Shown here: one piece after another, positions 1-15,079 of the stretch
Numbering within the stretch: position 1 is the first letter of the stretch
Layout: every line of letters begins with the position of its first letter
Source: Trichoplax sp. H2
Taxonomy: Eukaryota
Assembly (NCBI GenBank): GCA_003344405.1
Contig: NOWV01000001.1
Coordinates: 1-64,000, forward strand
Direction of reading: 5' to 3'
DNA: 64,000 bases
Program-made: the position numbers and the translations under genes
The notes under the pieces: generated by a model
Database searches by the model: none
The model's input: only the letters and a program-made list of their open reading frames with translations
What the model was told of the DNA's origin: nothing

Positions 1-29
1 AGTAGTATGACAATGTTGATAAAACTTAC

Positions 30-493
30 GGTTCGGCTTCTAACGAGCTGATCTCAGCAACATAATTGCAGGGAATATAACCACGTAAGCCGCTACGTCT
101 AGATAGGGCTAACCACCATCGATCACCAGAATTGATAACGTCCGGTTGTACCTCCAACTCGTCCCCAGCTTTGAAGCTCAAGTCTTCTTCTGTACGCGCT
201 TGATAGTCGTATAAGGCAACTACGACAGCGGTATTCTGTGGCGCAGGTTGTTGTTGCTGCTTCGGAGGATCAGCGCGTTGGTTTGCTGGTGGATCACTTA
301 CGTTACTTTGCCGACCGTTGGTTGGCGGATTTTGACGCCTATTGGACGGATTGGTTGTACCCGATGAGCCTTTAGTATAATCGTTACTGACTTGAGGGCT
401 CTTGGTATTTTCCACATTTTTGGGTTGTAAATCATCAAACTGAACGTCTTTTTCACTTTTCTTTGCTGAATCTTTACCACAGATGTTTCCCAT
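30..493 (-). CDS. Src-family (FRK/Src42A-like) tyrosine kinase paralog A, exon 1 only (SH4/unique/SH3); remainder lies beyond the left window edge
   Basis: MGNICGK myristoylation-type N-terminus; SH3 motifs ALYDY, LSFKAGD, WW and GYIPCNYV; ends ...LEAEP at a phase-2 GTAAG donor (25-29), the same position as in the other paralogs. Confidence 0.9.
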
Positions 494-679
494 CTTCTTT
501 TTTTTACTTCTCTTACACGCGAATAAAAGAGAGCGATAGATCCTGGTGTACTTTTGAATTGATTACTAAGATTAAATTATCGTCAATTCGATTGGATGAC
601 TACCGAAAAATGGAGAAAGTGGTTGAAGTGAACTTAGTCACTTGGGTGTCGTTGTTTTTTTTATTGATTAACGCTCCAC

Positions 680-1505
680 CTAGTACAGTACGTACTGTAC
701 ACTGTGCAGTACAGTACGTACTGTACACTGTGCAGTACAGTGTACTGTAGGGCACAGACGTCTACAGTACTATACAGTACTGTACTGTACAATACTGAAA
801 AACAGGCGTGACACAGGCAACTTGGCAGCCTGTCTCTTGACATGAAAATATTGTAGTACTGTGTACTGTACTTGTACGTTACCTTATTAGTGAAGATGGT
901 TTGGTTGAAACTTCCTGTAAAAGTCCTGTACTGTCGTGTTTTGCATGGTACAGTAGTGAGAAGTCCAAGCTGCGAATCCGACTGAGTACTGCAGCTTTGA
1001 TCGGTATTTTACTTGGTTGTAGAGTGTAGACCATGGTAGTCCTACAGTACTGTGATAATACTACTGTAGTTAGCGCCAAGATTACTTGGAAGTAAAGTAC
1101 AGTATAGCACAGTACTGCTGTAAATGATACCTAGTAAATGATATCAATGACGTACAACACAGTATACTGTACTGACCACTACGTCAGCAACAGTACCATC
1201 ACTGGGCTTCTCTCTTTACCATTACTATACTGTACAGTGTACAGTATACAGTACACAGTCTACAGTATGCTTCTACTACAGTATAGTACTGTACACTGTA
1301 CACTGTACAGTACAGTACTGTAGTAGAGACCCTAGAGATACTGACACTAACTCAATTCTGAGTCAGGTCTACAGTACTGTACTGTACAGTACGTACAGTA
1401 TATCGATCCCTCGCTCGTGATGCTTCGCTTACAGTACTGTACACTGTGTACAGTACAGTACAGTATACTGTACGTACAGTGTACAGTACAGTCAGTACAG
1501 TACTG
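680..1505. repeat. Low-complexity, self-complementary TACAG/CTGTA pentamer-derived repeat tract
   Basis: Dense runs such as tacagtacagtactgtactgtacagt; produces spurious YCTV/VQYS ORFs on both strands. Confidence 0.85.
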
Positions 1506-3449
1506 CTGCTTCTGAACTAGTTCTGTACTCCATGTCGATCTCTCGCTAGTGATGCTTCGCTTACATTAGAGTACGGCGTCTGGAATTTCGTTAGACATAC
1601 TTTAACTGGAAAAAATGGAACTAAAACGAACGTACGAATACACTAGTTCTACCGATATCGAGCAATCAATTTCATTTCAATTTTGACTAAAATATCGCAT
1701 ACCAAAATAACATTGCTCTATACACTACAGTGTACACTATTTGTCTCCTTACTTTACATTATGTACAGTAATTAACTGTACAAAAATCATCCAAATTAGC
1801 CCGTCCACCCTGTACAGTGTACACTCTACACTACACGCTTGTACTGTCACTCCCAGTCGAACTACATGATTACACTATTCTCAATTCATTGACAACTGGG
1901 AAGACAGCATAGAAAATCGGAAAAATCTTTGTCAGTTGCGTAAAACGGATCAACGCTTGACACTTCTAATTGAAATCAGAGACAGTACAGAGGGACGATT
2001 CTGATGCTGTATTACCTGAAATTCAAGCCAACAACAGTGATCAATTGACCAAAGATAACGCTTTAGGATTGATGACGATAGGTTAATTGGCATGCTGTAA
2101 GCACAGATACACAGTTCCATTATTTTAGATGCTATACTGTCAGGTATCAATGGCTAAAGAGACGACATACTGGTCGGTCGTCTTATGCTTTAGCCGAGAA
2201 TGTCCACAAATTTTTTGACGGTTTAGCATTGCATATACCGCAATGACGCAAAAGAAAACTGAAATGTGCTATGAAAGGAATGATAATTAAAAGATCTCGT
2301 TTTAATACCCATAAATATGAAAGTATACAGTACTTTTCTCGATCACTTAGCTTTTTTTATCTAGTTAACGCGATTGATTGATAAGCATATCTGAATTGCC
2401 AAAGGTTTGACAAAAATGATACATAACATGAAACTGAAGTATAGTAGTGTAGCAATATACCCATATTTGATGATACAGATAGCTATATTTGATAGAGTTA
2501 GGTTACTTTCAATAGATACTGAAATAGGTTATCGTCAAGCTAATATGAGATGATTGCTAACGACTACATTACAAATTGTTGATGACTAATAGTGGCCAGT
2601 GGACTAATTATGGTACAAGATTGATGTAGCTAGAAACATTGTAGTTGTTCAGATGGCCTTCGGAGAAAGGGGCTAGACGCTAATAGAAGAGTAGTAACAT
2701 CTTAAGTAGAATGATTTAGATTGTAGAAAATAATGATGTACCATTAAAGAAAAGAAATTTGTTAGATGACTCATGTCTGATTGTAGATTAATCAAGTTGT
2801 CATAAGGAGAAGGGACTTCACTTCGCTTTGAGCTCGGAATACTTTCGATTTTAGACCAGATTCTTGTAGTAATTCATTATTGCTCTACTATTCCTAATAA
2901 AACCTTGTAATAAAAGCCTTTTAGAAAATACCATCTGACTAAGATAGTTATTGTGAGACGCATTTATTACAAGTAGTAATACGCGTAAGTAATTAAAATA
3001 CCTCCTGCGTGACTTAATATTGAAGACATTTATGTGAATTTCTTTAGACATCTTTCAAAGAGTTTAATTCAATCGGCTTACAGAATGCACGCGCTCCCAA
3101 ACAATCACACGATAGAAGAAAAGATAAGGTCTTATTTATATATGTATAATTATTGAATATGTAAGTAATATATATATACATCAATCAGAACCTAATACTT
3201 ACATATTCAATAATTGACTCCAAGTAAAACATCCTCATTTTAATAATGTTCATTGAATACCCATTTATATTTTATTTCGTAATTACGAAGATCCTAACTT
3301 ATTAGCAGATAATAAATCTGGTAACAAAACTAATCGCTAATAAATACTCTATAACGATCAGCTAAAAAGGCAGAATCTATTTTTTGTGATTACGTTTAAG
3401 CTTGGCACCCAATTATATTGACGTAACGTCGCAATAGTAAATCCCAGTA

Positions 3450-5068
<1,619 letters not shown>

Positions 5069-7251
5069 CTAGCAATATATTTACGAAAGAAAAGAATCTC
5101 AAATTATATCGGATAATATAATCTTACATCAAAATGAAAATTTGCCTATCATCATATATAAAGGTAGATCATTATACACGTATAAGAAATTTCTAGTAGT
5201 CCACGAATTAAATCATTTTAGTAATTGAGAAGTAAAGGACAAAATTTTAAATTGGTATTAGTGAATATTAACTTTCAATAAGTGATTTGCCAACCCTTTA
5301 TTTGTTGATCGCTAAATGACATCTAAATTCCTATTTCATAAACTACGCCGGAAATCTCCTTTTGTACGTAATAACAGAACTTTGTTACTACAATTCCAGT
5401 TTATGATTTTTTTATGTACTATACTAGATAGGTGGATTAGTTTAATGTGGGCATTCTAAGTTATATCCCCAAATTTCATACGTTACAAGTAAATAAAATA
5501 TAATCTAATCTATGGATTAAAAACACGATTCTTTTCTCTTTGTCTATAACTGATTATACCCGTATCGTGATACGTCATACCAGTATATAGTTATCTTCGT
5601 AAGTGAACCTTTAATAAAATCATTAATTTGATTGCTTGTTATACGCGTAATATCTTCGACTTTTAATGCAAGCAATCCGCATAATAATGATAATTTAAAA
5701 GACGCGTCTTCTCTATTTATCAGAGTCACTAAGCAGACCAATAAAATAAATTGATTTATGGTGTTGATTATGGTATCGCTGCGTATACTTTTTATAAGGA
5801 TGTTCCACGAGATTGTAACTTATAACCACAAATGATGCTCATAAATAAGAACAAGTATTTATTTTTCACGCAGGAACTACATGAGCGAAATCAGTGCTCT
5901 TTCAGACACTGCTGACGCCTTTAGGCTTTGTCCAACTAACTTGTAGTTCATCTAATGATCAGACTGTCAATAGGAATAACTATCACTTGAAATGGTGGAA
6001 TAAAAAAATAATTTAATTCACTCATGACAAAATTACGGACCTTATTATTGTGTGTACCTCTAACAAAAATGACAATAGCATATCTAAAACCCAAGTTTCT
6101 AATAAGAATATATATATATTTATAATTAATCCGCGTTAATTTGCCTTGTTCTTACCTGATTTGTGTTACAGACTTAGATTGAGACATCAATATCAAGTAA
6201 CGTGGACGGCGAAAACATTAACTTTAATAAAATAGTACGTAATATAATATTGAAAGTAATTTAGTTTAGCATTATTTGTTTGTTTATTTTAAGGCCGATT
6301 GACTTTAAGTCACCGATTAAAAGGGTGAATTCTGCTTTTAAATATTAATTTTTCATGTAAATTTAAATAAACTTTGCCGGCACTTGGTGAATCTTAACGT
6401 AGGCTTAAGCTTAACGGCCTAGCAAATAAAGTGGTTGACCCTCCCAGCTTTGCTTACTGAATAGCCGTACCCCCTAGTAATAGCCATTATTGCGAAATTA
6501 CTGTATTTCAGTCAATCGTGTATGTACAATACAGAACAGTGAATAGTTTATGAAATTCATCTCGATTTTACATCACAACATAGAACTGAATGAAGTATAG
6601 TTCATAATTTTGGCAAATTTACACCAAGTGCGCATAAGATTTACAGTAAAGAATTTGCAATCGAGAAAATTTCGTCGTAAGAGTAGAATTCTTTACATAC
6701 AAATGGCACGATATGGGTTGGCCGATGAGTCATTCGATCCGAACGCACAATGCTGCGGTTTTAAGTAATTGTCAGAATATTGCGGAGGATCAAGTCATAG
6801 CATCTATATTACAAGATCACCCGTTCGGTATACGCGTTTGAAATTTACGTGGTAGGGTAATTTACTCTTGATTCAGTATATTACACAAATCGATAATCAC
6901 GATTTTATAATCTGTTCGAGGTAAATTCTATTCCTTTGAAAACGTGATGAATAAACTGCAGTTTACTGTATACATTCAAAATTAGTAATAATTTCATCTC
7001 GCAGCAATCATAACTTTCCAATATTTAACGTTTTGCTTCTTGCAAAAGTAACCAGTACAATTTCAATAACATGAGTAGCAATTTTGCGATGGTAATGTGA
7101 TTACATAAGGTAGGATCTAAGAGCTTTAAAGGTACGGTGATATTATTATACAGATACATATGCATCCATTTGTATCACTTCCTTCTCCATATGTTATCTA
7201 AGACCAGGGACTTTTCTCTTAGAAATCCTTGCTAAGATATATAACTATGTG

Positions 7252-7557
7252 CTATCCTAGCGTCGAGAGATCGGTACCTTTCGAATCCAATATTTGTAGC
7301 GAGGAAAGTGACAAAATAAGTATACGCACTGTATTGATCTCAGGTAAACGATCATTGTCGTAATACAGTGTATACCGTAGTTTAGGGAAATTCGCTAGCG
7401 AAGTTGCTAAAATTAAATTATAGGTGGTACTTTCTAGGAACTTAATGCTCTGTAGAGTTTTTAAGTTTGGGTTATATTTACGGACATGGAAATTATTCAT
7501 CAACATCGTATTAGAATACGCCGGGACTGGTGTTGTTTCCGTACGATTCTTTTCCAA
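7252..7557 (-). pseudogene. Possible decayed leucine-rich-repeat gene fragment
   Basis: Segments FPKLRYTLYYDNDRLPEI and LSSLQILDSKGTDLSTL resemble LxxLxxLxLxxNxLxxL; no proper ATG and flanked by stops. Confidence 0.3.
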
Positions 7558-8848
7558 GATCTATGCAAATCTTGTACTCTCGTATAGTAAATACAGAGTA
7601 GTCATGTAATTTATAATTTCCATCTACATGTTAAAAAGTAAATTACACTTTCTTATAAATCCCCTGAGCGAAAAAGAACTTATTCGTAGTTTATTATTCG
7701 GACCATTAAAATTATTATATTCACACAATTTTCTTAGATAGGTTATCACAAATTCTTTTTTGAAACATGATTTGCTTATGTATTATACAGTAGCCTGTTA
7801 AGGTACGTTAATCTTTGTTACAGATACGTGAACCTTAAGCTTTAGGATAAGCACATTTTATCAAGAAAGATTCTAGAGAATTATAATTAATTAGTATAAA
7901 GTTGGCATTAATAGGCTGTCGCAAGTTAAATAGCCAGACAAGGTCAAGAAAGAGTTTCAAGCAGTATCGGTGCTACCTCAGACAGTAGCAAATTAATAAT
8001 AATAACGTATTAATGGTTATAATGCTATAAACAGAAGCAATATCTTATGTCTTATACTACAACATATTCTGTAGCATTCTACGGATATGTAATTTAGGAT
8101 TTAAAATATCGCATCAACCCATAACTTTGTTACGGTAAGAGGAATTACATTGGATCTAATAAAACATATTGAAATCTGATGATGAAAGATGTTACATACT
8201 AAATGAAAGCAAATGAAATGTCTCATCAGCAGTAAATTGTTACGATTAAATCACTAGAAGAGTATATAGTACACGAATATAGATATCTTTCGAAACCAAA
8301 AAACCTATCCTACTGTCGGATTGGTCATTATTACTGAATATTCATAAACCTATGAAAGTAGCTGCTATAATACATCAGAACAAATTGTACATTTTAAACA
8401 AATCAAGTAAGTAACAGTCACAATGAATGATGATTACTTGCATTATCACACATACCCGTACATTCAGAAAGATTCTTAAAGAAACACCTGTTACGCGTTA
8501 AAAATAATAAATACAATAACTGTAACAGTTTATCAATGCTATCAAATTAAGCAGGTGAAATGTAGTCAAACAATATTATCAATTAAATGTTGCCCATTTT
8601 TGATCAGCAGAAATATTGGACCTAGCTATATCAACATCAATTTCATAATCTTATTAAAACATTTTAGCATAATGGCTACAGTATCGTACAGTAAGGCAAG
8701 TTTTATTAAAAATTTTTCAAGTTATACAGTGGAAACTTCTTTAGTACAATAAAAAATTGATTTGAAATCTTACTGGACAGCTTCGAATTTCTTTTAAAGT
8801 TACATCAAGAAAAATTAGATACTTTATATCGTCATATAAATTTCTAGA

Positions 8849-11800
8849 TTACTGATCCTCCAAGTAACTATCTTTATCTTCGAAAAAGTGCTCTAAACTT
8901 GATTGCAATGCCTGAAATGTTAACCGCTGTTCTGGATCTTTTTGCCAGCATTCCAACATTAAATTATAATAATGCTCAGGACAATTGCTAGGACATTCCA
9001 ACCTGTAACCACACTGTATTTTACTGATTACCTCTTGACCTTTCATACCGATATACGGTTGGCCACCATATGTGATAACTTCGTACATTAGTATACCAAA
9101 TGACCACACGTCAGACTTGATACTAAATTTACTGTATATTAAGGCTTCAGGAGCCGTCCACTTGATGGGTAGTTTCGTGCTCGCTTCCGGTTTGCTAGCA
9201 TATAAGTCGTCACGAGCTAAACCAAAGTCGGCTACTTTGCATTCCAAATTTTCTCCTACTAATACATTACGAGCAGCCAAATCACGGTGTATATAATTTT
9301 GAGTTTCTAAATATGCCATACCGTACGCAACTTGTGCTGTTATATCGATCAATTGAGGGAGCTGTAGTTTATGTCCTCTATCTTTATCACGCAAATAGTC
9401 TAATAAGCTGCCATTTTCCATTAATTCTGTAATGATATAGATAGGTTCGCTTTTACATATTGCATATAATTGAATTAGTTTAGGGTGCCTTAACTTCTTC
9501 ATAATAGCAGCTTCTTTGAGAAATTCTATTCCTGACATGGTACCCTGTTTCATTGTTTTGACAGCGACGGGTGTTGTATTATTCCAAAGGCCGCGGTATA
9601 CCTCACCAAATGCTCCTTGACCAAGCTTCTCAATTAATTTAATAGATGTACGCGAAATTTCCCAGTCTTGATCCGTAATATATGATAATCCCTCTGTTGA
9701 TGGTTGCCCAATCTATAAGAAAGATATGGAAAACATGACGTAAATTTAAAAAGCCCTCTGAAGTGCATCTGATGATATATAATATCTTATTCATTTGGTG
9801 ATGATTCGAATAAAGCTGCTGTACTAGATATCTGCGAGCTAACACTACAGCAAACAAAAATGCTACTCTTCTACGTTATAGAATAATTTGTATTGTTATT
9901 AGAAAGAGTAAAGAAGGTGGTATGACTGTGTATCATGGTACACATGAGAATTCTATATCATATTTAACTTTTTAATCATTTGAATGCGTTTTGCGTGGTT
10001 AGTTCATTAATTACTATACTCACTTATGAAGAGAGAGCATAAAATTCTTAGCTTCTACAGTATAATTCTATTAGTGTTCAATTAAACACACTGCTGCAAG
10101 TTACAATATAGTAGTCTATATTATATGTAGATTTTGAATTTCTAAACAGACGATAAAAAGTTTTGACCTAAGTAATACTACCTACGGGAACTATTTTCAA
10201 ATACGCTTACGAATATCACAAAATATATGCAGTAATATATATTACTTTTAGCGGTTTAAGTTAATAAGGCGTTCGATAATTATTGAAATAGGTCTAAAAC
10301 ACAGAATTTTATCTTATTATTTAAATATTGTAACTGTGATTATGTTGCTACGTCTGTATACATTATTATAGTGTTAACGATGTAATTAAATGGGAATGAT
10401 ATTTGAAAAGTAATGGTTATTCCACATACCACTCTGCAAGGTTGCTTTAATTTCGTACATAATCCATCAGGCTTATGCGAATAATGCTTCACTAAATCCT
10501 TAAGGGAAACAAATTGTCGAGTTCTGGCAATATAGTACTTATTGTCTTCAGATCTTCTAATACGGTAATGCTTGATGGTGTTGTCGATACGAGTAGATAG
10601 AGAGTAGTCGTTTGCTCGGGTTTCGCTGGTACGAATAAGGAAAGAGCCATCTGTATTTACATCAGTAAGTAACCTCATTTCTGCTTCACTTCGCTTAGTA
10701 TGGCCAAAGTACCAACTAGAATAAAAGGATTAAGTAGGGGAAATTATCATCTATAGACTAAGCTAAAATCAGTATCAACACTTTAAATAGGATATTTTTG
10801 GTAGAAATGTATGAACGAGCAGAATGGCCACTAAAGCTTTATCAGCTTAGTTGGTTTTAGTAGTACAAGCATTTTTCTAGCGCCGTTGTACTGTTCGCAA
10901 ATTGCAGAAGATGTGACTACGGATTTTATAATGTTAATTGTTGAATAAAGATAATACATAAAAAATAAACGGATTAATTCACATTTCGGTGCGAGCTTAA
11001 TCAAAAATCCATAATTATATATCCAAATAGCACTACAGTATACTTTCACACTTCTCACAAATATCATAAACTATAAGATAGATCATCAATGTGACGACCT
11101 AAATTATTTGAAAAAGTCTCCTATTATTATTATTTAGCAATATTGCAATTGAAGTATAAAGTGAATACGTCATTAAAATTAAAATTAATGAAAGGTGAAA
11201 TGTCCGCTAGCTCTGCTGAAAACTTTGTAATTGCTCGCTCGCCATATAATAGAAATAATAAAGAGCAAATTCTCCAGGAATGTTAATACAACAGCGTTAA
11301 TATATGAAATCATTCGATCAACCTACAAGTGAAATGAGATTATGACGTCCTTAAAAGTTGACGGTAATTCAGGGATCAGATGGGTAATATACTCGTACGA
11401 GGAATTTGGATTAGTTACTTGTCATTGTAGACTGTCCTACGATTTCATTGGCGATGAATCGAGGAAAATCTAGACTAACGCTACTATCACCCTAGATTTA
11501 GATCATTACAGACATTTGTTTCTTTCGAATAATTTAGGCAATGAACTCGTACTTTCACTAACAGTCCTTTTGACAAATTATTTCTGAAGTTTTGTATTAT
11601 CTGTGCTGTGACAGCATTACTTTTCATTTGGATAGTATAACATGCAATTGGTCATACAGCACATGTGATGGATGATATGCATAGAGGTAATTTGGATATC
11701 CATGTGGGTCCTTTATTAAATTAACTAATAGCATTTATAATTATTGAATCAGAGCTGCGATGGACTAAAGCTAAAGAAATTGTAGATGAATATGAAAATG

Positions 11801-14109
11801 GCATCATAACCTGCAGGCTAAAATCTAGTTATCCAGTGGCGTATGATGTTAAACCCTTAGGCAATCAAGCTTATCCCAATCACAGAAAGTGCTCTATCTC
11901 ATCAGATGCCATTTTTTTCTGACCTTTCCTTTTACGTTAAGAGTCTATAGTAAAATTGATTCCTATTCCTTGAATCATCAATACTTCATCATAAAATTGC
12001 TCCAAGTCATGGCAAGAGAGCATCAGTTATAAACGGTATACCGATTACTTTACATTCATCTATTACAAAAAGGCGATGCAACCATTTAAGTTAACGTTTA
12101 AATCTGCTTCTGTACTATAATTTTCAGCAATTTGTCAGCTGTTAGCAGTCTTTGACAAAGAGCAGCACTTAACTTTGTTGACTGTAAATAATACAGTACC
12201 TAAGGGCTTTTATCGTACAATTAATATTTAACATTTTGACTCAATGCTTCAAATTGAAATCGAAATGACGTAATACCTTGTGGGATAATACGAATACATA
12301 AGGAATTCTACTGCTAATGGAAATCAATCGTTAATCAGAATTAAATGGGCGTTCAAAGTCAGCCAAGAAGTAAGACTGTAAGAAGAGTTTAGTCTACAGT
12401 ATGATTAGTTTACATAGGCTAATCACTATCGAATATCAATTTGGAGAAAGGATTGACCAGTCTAAGATTGCCAAGATTAGCTTGTCGATTAAATAATATC
12501 TTGCAAAATAGTCAAATCTCGATATTCTAATCTTTATTAATGACTAAGCCGTAGCATACTGTACTGTATAGTACTTGTGCATTCATTAAAAACACGCCTT
12601 CAATTAAGGAGATTACTGGCTGCAATAAAATGAACAAGATAGGCAATCTTTAGCCCAAACGTGTAATTCAACATTAGGAAAAAGCAACAATGAAATGTCT
12701 TGTGTAACTGTCAATATTTTTCGAGAACTCAATCATACGCTATAGCTCTTCGATAAAATAAATGCAACGGATTTAAAATTCTACTGATCAACACCCATAG
12801 GTGAAGATTTACAAATTTTACTCCAATCTTGTTGATTACACTGTATACGGTAAAGTACAGTTACCGGCTGTGAAAGTTCTGCGTAACTGCTTTAGTTTGT
12901 AGTTGGGTTGGACGAAGGATCACTCCCCAAAAAGTTTTTGACCGTGGTTACATTTATATCAAATGTAACTAATTTAAAAGACGTAACATAGCGGATAAAC
13001 ATGTAATTTTATCATGTAATAGATAGTTTGTAAATAGAATACTAACATTTTTCTCCCAACTGCAACAAGAATCAATTTCTATTACAATATTCTATGAGTA
13101 TACAAATGACTGCATTGATCGTTGAGAGTTTTAAAACGCATACAAACGTATTTTTGTACAGATTTACAAACAGCTTGAGTATTATTTTTTTTTTTTGGTG
13201 GGGGGGGGGGTTATCCGGCGCAATATTGTATCGCACTTTGTCTCTTGCTGGCATATGCAACCTAATCCAAGACTACTCTGGTAATTCTGTGGATAGCAGG
13301 TCGATATTATGGGTGAAAAAAAAGGATATTATTTGTTGTCCTTTACCGTTAGTGTAACAGAAGTTGTCCTATACTGTAGGTCATTATCGTCGATGGACGG
13401 TGGGTACTTTGGATGTTTTTGGGAGACGGGGAGGGTTAATATTGACTATTTCGATGCGGTCTTTCGCTTAACTACGTCGGCATACGTGCAATATACAAGC
13501 AAAACTGTCGATCACATCGGACATTATCGATAGAAAATAATTTTGACAAGTGCGGCCATACTCATTCTTATACGTTAAACATGACGGTATAGGATGTTTA
13601 TATGAAAGACCATACGCTATGTGGCAGGGATATTGTGTTATTATTGTAACGCAATATCGCACAATCAACAAATAAGATAGAAATCAACATATTGCGAATA
13701 TCTATCAAAGTGAAAAGAGAATTTCAACATGACGAAGGACTTACGGTTCTGCTTCAAGTGATGTAATATCAGCGACATAATTTCGGGGAATATAACCCGT
13801 ACGGCCAGTACGTCGAGAGCGAGCAAACCACCAGTCTCGACCTGATGTAGTATACCTTCTTTCAACGTCCATTTCTTCACCAAGTGCAAATGGTAAATCG
13901 TCGGCTGTACGAGGCGTATAATTATACAAGGCACGCACGATCACTGTTTCTTGATTTCCATTTACTCGTTGGATTGGATTATCAGGGCGTCTAGGCACTG
14001 TTGGCCGTACAGCTTGTCCCTCGGTGATGGCATTAAACGGCCGAGGATGATGGCTTGGAGTGGGTTGATTAGGAGATGATAGACGGAAACAGGTCAATGT
14101 ATTGCCCAT
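8849..14109 (-). CDS. Src-family (FRK/Src42A-like) tyrosine kinase paralog B; exons 13745-14109, 10430-10715, 8849-9712 (504 aa)
   Basis: MGNTLTC N-terminus; SH3 ([13 protein letters not shown]); SH2 (WYFG, FLIRTSE, KHYRI); kinase ([29 protein letters not shown]); C-terminal Tyr (DSYLEDQ); GT-AG phases 2 and 0 give an open 1515-nt CDS. Confidence 0.93.
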
Positions 14110-15079
14110 GTTGAAATAGTAAAGGAGAAGCAATGTCGTCAACTAATGTCAGTGGGCAAATGTGAATAATATTAATCAATTTTTTTTTTCAACCGATTGA
14201 AGACGAAAGTAGGCAAATTGCAACGTTTCCTACCCAAGCTTGCAATAGAATGGATGCAATCAATATTACAGCAGATGAAAAGTATTTACAATTAATTGAG
14301 ATTAATTGTGGCTGAGGATGAACAGTTGGAACTGTAGTCCAGTACAAGGCCAAAGGAAATGGTATAATTTTACAGGTCTATTTTGTACTATGGGACGAGT
14401 ATTGTCTTTCTTGGGTACAGGTAATCGATGACAATCAATTTGATGATGGATAAAATGATGCAAAAATTGCAATGGTAGAGTAGTGGATCCCAAGCAAACA
14501 AGGCGTCTACTGCTTAATTTAGCAATGGTGTCGTCAATCTTCAAGATAGAAGTAAAATAGTCACTCTCTTTTCTTTTACAGCGCTACTGCCTGATACTAT
14601 TGAAAGTGTTGTTGCCAGTCTAGTGTCGATCAACAAGGTTGGCAAGGATGGAAGAAGGGCAATGACATCACCTTTTTTTTTTTTAAAATGAGGGAGTCGT
14701 CTGGTTTGTTTGGCGTTTTCCACGCAATGGAAACTAGTCAGATAACCAGGACATGGACAGTGGATTGATGCAGTAAGAAAACAGATCTACTTCTACTGTA
14801 GTAGAATGGAGTCTAATCGGATTTGCCGTCGATTGCCTGTCAATTTAGTAAAATAACGCTGACTTTGGATTGTCCAACACGCATCTCCTGGTTCTCCTTG
14901 TCGACGATCCCTTCAAACTCTTCATTGCTTAACATCAACGGTAGCGGCTACGATATCACGTTTGTCGTGCACACCCGTAGTCACGTCCTGGATGTCCGTA
15001 CGTCCATTAGACCCTTTCTATGTCACTCATTGAGTGAAAATCTCAAGGGTCAAGCGGACTGTTTGTCATCCACACCCGT

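Noticed and set aside
463-1323. ORFs rich in YCTV/VQYS (also 15805-16716 and 25078-25615)
   Set aside because: Translations of the TACAG/CTGTA repeat, not genes
9072-9296. Plus-strand ORFs overlapping kinase exons (also 18837-19028, 19913-20107, 4922-5116)
   Set aside because: Antisense shadows of the Src exons
13183-13210. Poly-T followed by poly-G run
   Set aside because: Isolated intronic homopolymers with no further structure
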